Notes under the pieces: generated by a model | The model's database searches: none | What the model was told of the DNA's origin: nothing | The model's input: the letters and a program-made list of their open reading frames with translations, nothing else | Made by a program: the position numbers and the translations under genes | Assembly (NCBI GenBank): GCA_002633005.1 | Contig: NMRA01000520.1 | Coordinates: 223,111 to 287,110 of the forward strand | Origin: Phoronis australis | Taxonomy: Eukaryota; Animalia; Phoronida | Direction of reading: 5' to 3' | DNA length: 64,000 nucleotides | Part shown: positions 1 through 10,824 of the stretch, in pieces | How positions within the stretch are numbered: position 1 is the stretch's first letter | How the letters are laid out: each line of letters starts with the position of its first letter

Positions 1-162
1 TGACTTAGAATCCGCATTAGTTTGATAATAAACGAGTAATTCTTGGCTAGGTGCAAACAGGGTTTGGCCCAATTTTCCAAAATTTACCTATGCAACCGTT
101 TAGTTTCGATTTACATTTTAATTTTGTGCATTCACTGAAACTTACATTCAGTTCGGTTTCAG

Positions 163-267
163 GTCACGGTGAAATCTCCAGAAGGAGAATCGTTCCAAGA
201 AGGGCACGCCTACTATAACGAAGATACACGATTTTCATTTGTAAAAGTTAGCGTGCCCTTGGCAAAG
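163..267 (+). CDS. CLCA: CLCA gene A exon (VTVKSPEGE...VPLAK)
   Basis: tttcag|GTC start, AAG|gtgagt end. 105 bp, the same size as the paralogous exon 46266-46370. Confidence 0.85.
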
Positions 268-3200
268 GTGAGTTCATTTATACTATACGATTTTTCGGAA
301 AGCCAGGTACTGGATCACGAAGCAGTCTATACAAATCAAACGTACAGTGCACGTCTGTCTTCATCTATGGTGTTCTTTGCTCGTGCAAAATTTCCAAAGG
401 CATCATTGCGAACAGACCCGAGTGTGGGCTCCCTACATTAAGACCCTCGCGTAAGAAGCTAGCTTGGTCAAGTACCATATACATGTATCTCGCGAACTCG
501 TGCGCGATGTAGCGTTTTCGCTAGGTTCTCTCTTCTACGGCACGTACGCCAAGATAACAAATTTCGCGGTATACAGCAGTACTGGGTCTTTTCCTGTATA
601 CATGTATATTAACGAGAAACGTCTTTAACAGGCTTCCCTGGGCGCTTTCTATCTATATTGTTAGCGATCCAACCTTAACTCAGCGAATTTAATTGTGTGC
701 CATTCAGCCCGGTAAGTGGTCCTACACAGTCAGCCTGGAGTCCCCGGAGACAGCGCTTCTGCAAGTAGGCGTCAAGTCAAAGTCCCGAACTGCCAATACA
801 GAGTCAATCAGAGTCAGCGCATGGTTGAGTAGCATAGCGCTTAAATTTCCAGCCGTCACTGTGGTGTTAGCGGAAGTTACGCAAGGATATGCGCCAGTGA
901 TTGGAGCTTCAGTCCAGGCAATAGTTGAACGACCCGCGGGCGGTTCCTATGCGTTAACACTGGCGGACAATGGTAACGGTATGTATTGGATGATATTTGT
1001 ACTATCGTAGTTTTGTCATTAATTCGGAAGGAGATCTTACTTGTAATTTATAGTGCATCAACTACATGTATTTCGGAATCTCTGATGCTGCCACTTAAAG
1101 ACAACCCAGAAACAGCATATTCCCTTTTAAAAGGACTTGTTATGTAGTGCTCCTAAATTTTGAGAAGACTGCGAGGAAGCATGCATCCGATTGTGAATCC
1201 AAGTTTGAATGTATACTATGTGTTTATGTGTTCTTTTTCTCTTCGTTTTCAAGGAATGTTTGGTTGCTGATGCATTCTTTTCCTATAAGAACCGGTGTAT
1301 TAGAGGACTCGGAGAATGCTAGACTCAGCAGAAGTTAGTGTAATGTTTAACATCACATTTTTAAACAAAAGTTTGCTGCCAGCATATGCATACAAACATG
1401 TAATTTTCAATCGAATCCGAGCATATAAGTGAATCTTATCGTGTCAAGCCTAATAAACCAAGTCCACAGCATGCAATGTTCAATTCTTCAATTTCTGTTT
1501 TCCGCACAACGTGGTAGACTTAAATGAGTGACGACAGCGTCTCATTTTAAACACTTTGAAACACTTATTTAAAACGACGCAAGCATACATGTATGTAGGG
1601 CATTTGGATTTCATCTTTTGGTTTGCAAAACTCTTTCAATGATTTGTTGGTAAAACAAGGTGAGGGATTTTCTAATCATCAGGTGCAGACTCCCAAAAGG
1701 ACGATGGAATTTACTCTGCGTACTTCACTGCGTTTACCGGAAACGGAAAGTACTCCGTGAGGGCAACTGTGACAAATGGTGGTCAAGCTAAGCTGAAGAC
1801 AGGTGGAGGAAGCGGAGGTGGTGCTATGGTAACTGATCCAGGTAATTCATGTTATTGTATTTCATGCAAGTAGTTTTACAACATAATCGAAAAAATCGAG
1901 AACAACTCACGGTTTGCATGCCAAAGTATACATTTAACAGTTTAAAAAACTAGACAGACTTCGACAGAAGTCTACCAGAACTCGAAACTTCAATAAACTT
2001 CTTCTAAGAACTGTTAGGCATTTTAACCGAAATTTTGTGCTTGTTTGATGCGACGTTATTGCGCTTAGCCGCTAATCCTTCATATATATTTTGGGGTTGT
2101 CCATGAAGTTGTTGCGACGGAGAAACACCTGTCGAGATTTTCACGAGATTTAGGCAAAAATTTATTCTGGTCTCAAAGAATTGGATATTTAGTAGCGGTT
2201 TTGTGGGAGTTTTGACGTTTATCCCAATTTCACAAACCAATCTTTTCAATCGGACACCTTTTGTTAGGCTACGGTGGTCTCGAGTATACGGTGAAACACT
2301 TTCCCTTCACTCGCGCAATTTTGCGTTGTCCTTCATGATTTCCTTGATCTACCGAGAAACTAACTGTACGTAACACAATCAGTTGTAGGCCACGTGATTT
2401 ACCAATAAGTACTCTGAATGGTCGATGGCCAACTATATCACGTGTGAATAAATGACCAGTTTCCATGTGGCGTCGTTTGTTATAGAGCTTTCATTGCAGA
2501 CATATCGGTGGTTGGTAAGGCAACTTTTACCAATGCACCTGAATTCGAACGATCCGGCACAGCGGGAGGATTCAGTGTGCAAGGCTACGACAGTTCCAAC
2601 CGTGATCCTTTCCCTCCATGTCGGATTAAGGACCTGGCAGTTATGGCTTATTCGTCTAGTGCAAAAACCGTCACATTAAGCTGGACGGCACCTGGAGAGG
2701 ATTTAGACCAAGGAACAGGTTCGTAACAGTAAATTTTCTCTTCAATAACCGAAAAAAATCAAATCTCTATATTCGTGTTAACTAAATTCGCATCAAATTC
2801 TTTAATGAGTGTTTATTTTTGTTTACGTTAGAGATGTTGCAGCGGACTGACCAGCAAAAAACGTTAAACTTGTCAGTGTTTCTTATTTGAAGAAAATTTA
2901 CTAGCTCCCTTATGCATGTAAAAAGCATTGTTGTACATGCACGAAAGTTAAATCAATGTTTCTTTCAAGTTAGTTGTTTCAAGAACTATGAACTAACGAC
3001 TATCAACTATTCTGTACCTGTATAAAACAGACAAATACTTGAAATCAAATATGCTATTTCCATAAAATGCAAGCAATGGATTTGGTGTCCAGTCCTTCAC
3101 ACCAAAATGGCGACAGTTTGCGCGGTTTATTTATTTTGGTTAGATGGCAATATCGTTATTAAGGTTTCCTACTCCTTCTTTACGCATGAGCGCGTGTGCA

Positions 3201-4509
3201 TTTTTTAACGATGTGCCTAAAGAGTAGACAACGGGTATGTGTAACTATCGAAAGTTAGGAACTAGATGTGTGGAACTACACACTGTTCTCAAGGTTTCAA
3301 AACTCGTGTTTGTTTCTTCGTCAGGTTCATTTAATATGACGTTAATTAGTGCAAATGTATCGGGTTTCAAGTAGCATGGTTATTGTTATTTTGATTCGTT
3401 TGTACTCATTTTTCATCAGTTAGAGACTACGAGATCCGCATGTCTTCCGATGACAACGACCTGACAACAAAATTTCAACACTGTAAAAAAGTGACGCACA
3501 ACGAGATTGTTACCCATCCCAAAATACTGCCATCTGGTGGACTTGAGACCATCGTCGTTCGGGTACCTGAAGGATTTTTCTTCTTCCGTATAAGGTATTT
3601 GCAGAAATTTCTTTGCAAGTATATACTGTATGAATAGCATTTATACCTTGTATGTTGTCCATTTAAGGTTGTGTACACTCCTCTTTGGGTAAATCACTGA
3701 AGATTCTGGTACACATGTGTGAAGGTATGACATACTTACATTTGTACAAGATGCGGGATCTTCACATTTGTGGCAAGAAATTCGATTTATGTCGCTCGCC
3801 GTTATAAAACCGGTCTTATCGTATTACTTTCTGATTTCAGAAATGATCTAAACTAATGAGCTTAAAGTGTAAAAACAACATATTTCCGTTTAACCTCCTC
3901 TTCGTTCGTGCTTGTCTGTACCGGTTACGTTATCGTCTGCTTCATATGGAAGGTAACTAACACGAGTGAACAATTGACCGGCATCACTAACTCGAGCAAG
4001 GTTGTGCTTGTCGATAACGATGCGTGGGTAGGAGGTCAACGCGCCAGCCCCTAACGCCTGTGCAACATTGACTTGGGAACGTGAGTGGTAATCATAGGAT
4101 AAACACTGGTGACGACCGTGGCTACAACATTAAGGCGGTTACTGTTAGTGGGGACATTTTGGAATTTTTGATCCCTCCATTGAAAATATTTACGGAAGGG
4201 GTTTTCGTCACAATCATTATCCCCCTGACCTAGTGCGCCCTGTGATGATTTGTCGCCAACAAGGTTTCCTCATATTACAGGGCCGTGGACAAAAGTGGGC
4301 AGTACAGCGAACCGTCTAACATCGTCAGTGCCGGCGAGCCTCCTTCTGACACGTGGCAAGTTGTTCTAGTCGCCATTTGTTGCACAGTTGCAGCATTGGC
4401 AATAGTGGCTACCTCTGTGATCTGCTACGTGAAGAAAAAAGCCACGAGAAAGAATGCCATCGACATTAGAAGGCTCTCTATTCAGAACAGCCTCCCCAAA
4501 GTAGCCTAG
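163..4509 (+). CDS. CLCA: CLCA-family gene A, 3' part (5' exons lie upstream of the window); membrane-anchored type
   Basis: Six phase-compatible GT-AG exons: 163-267, 708-978, 1683-1841, 2500-2718, 3420-3594, 4281-4509. They give CLCA motifs L.DNG|GADSQKDDGIYSAYF, DPFPPCRIKDL, LSWTAPGEDLDQG and AVDKSGQYSEPSNIVS, then a TM helix (VVLVAICCTVAALAIVATSVICYV) and a basic tail. Confidence 0.93.
708..978 (+). CDS. CLCA: CLCA gene A exon (PGKWSY...LADNGN)
   Basis: ttcag|CCC start, G|gtatg end. Contains EVTQGYAPVIGASVQAIVERP. Confidence 0.9.
1683..1841 (+). CDS. CLCA: CLCA gene A exon (GADSQKDDGIYS...VTDP)
   Basis: atcag|GT start, G|gtaat end. Conserved GAD..K.DGIYS motif. Not in the supplied ORF track. 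Confidence 0.9.
2500..2718 (+). CDS. CLCA: CLCA gene A exon (FN3 start, DPFPPCRIKDL...WTAPGEDLD)
   Basis: ttgcag|AC start, G|gttcg end. Confidence 0.9.
3420..3594 (+). CDS. CLCA: CLCA gene A exon (VRDYEIRMS...FFFRIR)
   Basis: catcag|TT start, AG|gtatt end. Y.IR.S FN3 strand. Confidence 0.85.
4281..4509 (+). CDS. CLCA: CLCA gene A last exon (FN3 end, TM helix, tail)
   Basis: ttacag|G start, stop TAG at 4507-4509. Confidence 0.9.
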
Positions 4510-7286
4510 ATTTAAACGGGTATCTTGCCACGGTCATTTGATGGTTGAGTGCACGTTGAAAAAAGTGTTTGTATAAAATCTTTTGTTGTCTTGCGGAATT
4601 TTAGTTTAGCGGACATCTCCCGGATGTTTGAGCACTTTTTACCTGCGCGTTTGTTTCAACTGATACTTGTCATTTTGATTTTGACGATTCTGTTGGACGA
4701 ATGTTAATTCATATTCTACCGCGTTTGCCATGATAGTCGTTAAGCAAGTGTTTCGCACATAATCCCAAGCGTTTTTGCCTAATGTGTACATGTACACTAG
4801 TAGGGGTGTGAGCTATCCTTTTAATACCCGCTTGCCTTTAAGTGAATGTCTTAAACGTGCCTTTTTTATTGCTTAAACTGTTCATTTTACTAAAGAGTTT
4901 AAATCTGTAAAAGCACAAGATTTTTGAACTTAGAAAGCTTGTGGCCAACTTTTTATCATGCTATTACCAATTGGTTGACGATGCGGGGACTATTTTGTGA
5001 AATTTATCAAAAAGAAAGCTTAATTAATAGCACAAGAACGGCATCGATAACATGATCAAACTTCATTTGGTCTAAATAGTCAAGATGAGACCTCAAAACC
5101 ATGTGACAGTGAAAAATACCATGTCGTGTGCGTTTTATGCAAATAATTTTTTTTCATAAAAATCATGTGAGTCCTGCAAAAATGGAGCATAAAACAATAA
5201 TTCCTAATAGTGTTGTGGAGAACAATGCATAAAGCACAGCTGCATTAAAAATTCCACTTAAATCGGATCCACCGTTTCTGACACACGATGTTCCAAACTT
5301 CGGACATTTTCCTACTCGAAATAAATGTAATCTTAAAGGGATGATGCATATAAACCCACGTATTCTGTCAAAATATTATTCTCAATTTGGAAAATATTAT
5401 AAGCTATGAGAAAAAAAGGGCACAGGACTTTATTGGCACGGAGCGACCCCAATTAAGTCCTTGTTCTGGCGGATTATTGTAAATTAATAAGTCACAACAG
5501 GGGTCACGAAAATTCCAGTCGCTAAAAACTCGTTGACTTGCTTTGTAGGAGAAAATGTTAAGCTTGTATAGACAGTTGAGCTCGTTTCATGATGACCACC
5601 TTAATACCATAAATTTGTTCAAGTGAAAACCGAGATTCGGGGTAAGTTAAGAGCGATGGCGAAATTTCAGGAAAGATCTTTTCATTAACAAAAAGTCGGA
5701 TTTCGTTTGGTCTTTGGTCTTAACTTGGCCACTGAGAAAATAAGGCGGTTTTTGACGTACGTGATCATTCAAAATACCAGTTTGCCACCTGTTGCGAATT
5801 CACAGAACTAACCTACACTCTTATTGAAATACGACAACAACCTTGGTATTGGAACTCTAGTGTGGATTCATTTACATTCTGTATACAATAGGAATCTCGT
5901 TCACTTGAGAAGATATTTGGAAGTTATCATTTCACATGAGTCGGCTTATCACTGCATTGTCACTACTGCCTTTGCCGGTTCTCGAATCGGAATCAGAACT
6001 TCTTCAATTTATCATTGTTTAGACAGGAAAGGTTTCATGGAACTGGCCCTGGAACATCTACCATCTACAGTACAAGTTTGTTCAGCAGCTAAAATATTTC
6101 TACAAAAGACTTTTTCGTAGTATTTAATGTGGTCAGGAGTTTTAAATCTTATATTTTAACAATTGTTTACTTTGGCAAATGGTGACCCTTAATTGTACAC
6201 GCTTTCCTTAATAAAACGTGTTTTTCTCTGTGTGATGCGTCGGCGTTATTTTCTATTCATGAATTCAGTGCAGTACTACTGTAGTAACACGTACATGTAC
6301 ATGTCTAGCTATAACGTAATGTAATGTAAAGACGCGAGAAACATCATATACATTTATATAAAGGCCACCAGTGTGCCCAAACCACATGTACTTATTTTCT
6401 GCCTACCAGTTACAAGTACCTACATGTACCTCATTTTACTTGTCTCGTAACAGGCACGTACATGTACAGTACATGTGCATGTATCTCAACACGGCAAAAT
6501 ATCAAAGCCCAAAAATTCGGATTAACTCTCAGTGAACTTTCCAAACGTGACCAATCGCTGTTTTGTTTCTGGAGGAGGAACATCGAGCTAGATTCTAAAA
6601 ACCTACCAAATGCCTGGAAACGGACGTCTTCGAACGAAAAATATGTATTTCTACATTTACATGTATGAGTTTTCATACATGTATATTATACATGCACGTG
6701 TGAAAATCTCATTAAAGCGAAATCATTGGGGTTTCCGACCGAAAAGCGAATTTAATAGTTGAGATTGTTGTACGTTTTGGATGTGAAACACTGATCGAAG
6801 AGCTCATAAACAACAAAATCCATTGTGCTTATGTGATTTTATCGCCAATTGCTTGCCAGATAATCGCTGTAATCGAGATGGGTGTCTTTAAATACGCTTA
6901 AATTAGGATTCGCTTTAACGTCGGATCTTTCAACTGGCATTTCGTACCAAGTGAGTTTGAATTCGAGCTACAAGAAACTATCTGCAATACTAATTAACGT
7001 CCTTTTGAGATCCCAACACCATGTGAACTCTATAGCTCATACGAGTGCAAAATGAATGAATGCAAAGAATTTACACTCCACACTATTTCCGGTTATTTTG
7101 TTGGAAAAACACGAGTCATGCGACCTGTAGACAACAAATGTCCGCCTATGAACGTGTACTGTTTTGGGTTTTAAGATCTAATTTAAAACTTATATCTCAC
7201 TGAGCACACCACTTGGTTTTTTCAACTCCATGATTACCATGATAGCAAGTAACAGCATATGTTCACTAAAACAACAACGGTTTTAA

Positions 7287-7334
7287 AACTTGACATGCTT
7301 CGGTGTCATTTATTAAACACCATCCTCAGAAGTC
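7287..7334 (-). ncRNA. Hammerhead ribozyme copy in the inverted PLE arm (GAAA mutated to GAAG)
   Basis: Reverse complement of 10777-10824 with a single difference, GAAAC to GAAGC. Confidence 0.8.
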
Positions 7335-7414
7335 ATAATACAGTGGCCACCTAGCTAGGCCCAGCAATAAGTAATGAAGCACAGATACAGTCAGTTAGAG
7401 GGAGTGACAATGAA

Positions 7415-8474
7415 CTAGACCAACAATGACAACCTGTGGTGTGTCAGTTGGCTATTGAGTTTGGCTTGCACCAACTGATATGTAAAGCCTCACGAATTTT
7501 AAGCTCCTTTGTTGTTACTGCCTGGTCTATTATTGCAAAGTCATTGAAAGAACACTGCTGATAACAATGATTGGAGCTCTGCAGGTGAATATTTACATTT
7601 GAATTACTGTCAGAATTTAGATGTTCCTTGGTCCTGGTTTTCAAATGGCGAGCAGTTTCGCCTATATAACTGGAGCCACATCCAGCACAGATAAATTTGT
7701 ATACTACCTTGGACCGTAGACACATAGAAATTTTGTCCTTAGGGTTAAATAAACTCGACAGTTTTAGAGACTTGAATGTTAATACAACTCTTAAGTTCAC
7801 GCAGTAATCATTCACCAATTTGTTGAGTTTTCGTTGAGCACTTTTGGCGTAAAACCCAACATAGGGTATTTTACAGTACCTGTGGTTAGTTTTGTGTACA
7901 GGATGAACATCATCAGGGTTACGTTGGAGTCTTGGTTTCAGTACCCTATTGAATAATTCTAGGGGATAGCCATTCTTTTGCAAATTCGTTGTAAGTTCTT
8001 TGATAATAGAATTAAATCTAGCCCAAGTGTTGTTAATGCGATATACCCTGTCTATTAGCGTTTTTATGAGACCTACTTTATAAACAATGGATGTGAAGCT
8101 ATGAAAACAAGTGTACAGTCCTGTGTAGGTCTTCTTATAAAATACTGATGTTATCACTGAGGTACCCTCACGCTCTACTAACCCGTCCAGAAATGGCAAA
8201 ATGTTATCGACCTCTAATTCTACACTGAATTTCAAATTAGGATGCCTCGAGTTTAAATACACCAAAAATTCCTGGGCTGACTGCTGATTTTCAAATATAC
8301 AAAGCACATCATCTACATATCGTCGATAGAAATAGATGTGAGGACCAGTGTATGTCTCAATCCATGTTTTCTCATGGTAACCTAAAAACATGCCAGCTAG
8401 TATGGGAGCCAAAGGTGAACCCATTGCAAACCATCAATTTGGTTAAAAACCTCCCCATTAAATACAAAATGGGT
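7415..8474 (-). pseudogene. 5'-truncated Penelope-like RT/GIY-YIG ORF (inverted arm)
   Basis: MGSPLAP, YRRYVDD, LPFLD, VVYKFICAGC..YIGET.R.L.TR..EH, EALHI. One-bp deletions near 8430 (vs the + copy) and near 7465; restoring the latter gives KP.LNSQLTHHRLSLLV* ending at 7415. Confidence 0.9.
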
Positions 8475-8475
8475 A

Positions 8476-9873
8476 CTGGATACTGAAACGTACAGCTACT
8501 GTATTTGTATCCACAAGGTTCACAGCCAGGTAGACTATATGGCCTACCAAAGATACACAAACAGACAGTGGATTCCATCCCTCCATTTAGACCTATTGTG
8601 TCATCTGTGAATACTTTCAATTACAATCTTGCCAAGTACCTATGTAAGCTACTCAAACCACATATAAATGAGGACTACACAGCAGGTGATACACTCTCTT
8701 TTGTTTCTGAGGTTAGGGGTCAAGTTCTCAGAAATCGATTCATGGCTTCTTTTGACATTGCGAGTTTGTTTACTAACCTACCTGTGGACGAATGTATATC
8801 TTTGGCTACTGACTGTATAATGAAAAACAATCCCAGTGTAAAGATTACTCTAGCTGAACTCATGGACCTATTCAAATTTGCTACCAGTAAAACCCATTTT
8901 GTATTTAATGGGGAGGTTTTTAACCAAATTGATGGTATAGCAATGGGTTCACCTTTGCCTCCCATACTAGCTGGCATGTTTTTAGGTCACCATGAGAAAA
9001 CATGGATTGAGACATACACTGGTCCTCACATCTATTTCTATCGACGATATGTAGATGATGTGTTTTGTATATTTGAAAATCAGCAGTCAGCCCAGGAATT
9101 TTTGGTGTATTTAAACTCGAGGCATCCTAACTTGAAATTCAGTGTAGAATTAGAGGTCGATAACATTTTGCCATTTCTGGACGTGTTAGTAGAGCGTGAG
9201 GGTACCTCAGTGATAACATCAGTATTTCATAAGAAGACCTACACAGGACTGTACACTTGTTTTCATAGCTTCACATCCTTTGTTTATAAAGTAGGTCTCA
9301 TAAAGACGCTAATAGACAGGGTATATCGCATTAACAACACTTGGGCTAGATTTGATTCTAATATCAAAGAACTTACAACGAATTTGCAAAAGAATGGCTA
9401 TCCCCTAGAATTAGTCAATAGGGTACTGAAAGCAAGACTCCAACGTAACCCTGATGATGTTCATCCTGTAGACAAAACTAACTACAAGTACTTTAAAATA
9501 CCCTATGTTGGGTTTTACGCCAAAATTGCTCAACGAAAACTCAACAAATTGGTGAATGATTACTGTGTGAACTTAAGAGTTGTATTAACATTCAAGTCTC
9601 TAAAACTGTCGAGTTTATTTAACCCTAAGGACAAAATTTCTATGGGTCTACGGTCCAAGGTTGTATACAAATTTATCTGTGCTGGATGTGGCTCCAGTTA
9701 TATAGGCGAAACTGTTCGCCATTTGAAAACCAGGACCAAGGAACATCTAAATTCTGACAGTAATTCACATGTAAATATTCACCTGCAGAGCTCCAATCAT
9801 TGTTATCAGCAGTGCTCTTTCAATGACTTTGCAATAATAGACCAGGCAGTAACAACAAAGGAGCTTAAAATTC
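8476..9873 (+). CDS. Penelope-like reverse transcriptase + GIY-YIG endonuclease (5'-truncated, runs into N-gap)
   Basis: LYGLPKIHK, FRPIVS, SFDIASLFTN, GIAMGSPL, RYVDD, and GIY-YIG variant VVY...YIG. Open from 8505 to the gap. Confidence 0.93.
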
Positions 9874-10776
9874 NNNNNNNNNNNNNNNNNNNNNNNNNNN
9901 NNNNNNNNNNNNNNNNNNNNNNNNNNNNNNNNNNNNNNNNNNNNNNNNNNNNNNNNNNNNNNNNNNNNNNNNNNNNNNNNNNNNNNNNNNNNNNNNNNNN
10001 NNNNNNNNNNNNNNNNNNNNNNNNNNNNNNNNNNNNNNNNNNNNNNNNNNNNNNNNNNNNNNNNNNNNNNNNNNNNNNNNNNNNNNNNNNNNNNNNNNNN
10101 NNNNNNNNNNNNNNNNNNNNNNNNNNNNNNNNNNNNNNNNNNNNNNNNNNNNNNNNNNNNNNNNNNNNNNNNNNNNNNNNNNNNNNNNNNNNNNNNNNNN
10201 NNNNNNNNNNNNNNNNNNNNNNNNNNNNNNNNNNNNNNNNNNNNNNNNNNNNNNNNNNNNNNNNNNNNNNNNNNNNNNNNNNNNNNNNNNNNNNNNNNNN
10301 NNNNNNNNNNNNNNNNNNNNNNNNNNNNNNNNNNNNNNNNNNNNNNNNNNNNNNNNNNNNNNNNNNNNNNNNNNNNNNNNNNNNNNNNNNNNNNNNNNNN
10401 NNNNNNNNNNNNNNNNNNNNNNNNNNNNNNNNNNNNNNNNNNNNNNNNNNNNNNNNNNNNNNNNNNNNNNNNNNNNNNNNNNNNNNNNNNNNNNNNNNNN
10501 NNNNNNNNNNNNNNNNNNNNNNNNNNNNNNNNNNNNNNNNNNNNNNNNNNNNNNNNNNNNNNNNNNNNNNNNNNNNNNNNNNNNNNNNNNNNNNNNNNNN
10601 NNNNNNNNNNNNNNNNNNNNNNNNNNNNNNNNNNNNNNNNNNNNNNNNNNNNNNNNNNNNNNNNNNNNNNNNNNNNNNNNNNNNNNNNCCCCCCAAAGTA
10701 CTCACAAGGATGAACGCTATGAGATCTGGCCCACCGACTATTGTTGCTGGGCCTAGCTAGGTGGCCACTGTATTAT

Positions 10777-10824
10777 GACTTCTGAGGATGGTGTTTAATA
10801 AATGACACCGAAACATGTCAAGTT
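10777..10824 (+). ncRNA. Minimal type I hammerhead ribozyme in the PLE 3' end
   Basis: GACTT-CTGAGGA-T-GGTGT(TTAATAAATG)ACACC-GAAAC-AT-GTC-AAGTT. Stem I GACUU/AAGUU, core CUGANGA and GAAA, stem II GGUGU/ACACC, short palindromic stem III (ACAUGU), GUC cleavage triplet. Confidence 0.88.

Noticed and set aside
9874-10760. 751-aa and 299-aa ORFs running through Ns
   Set aside because: Length is an artefact of translating the assembly gap.
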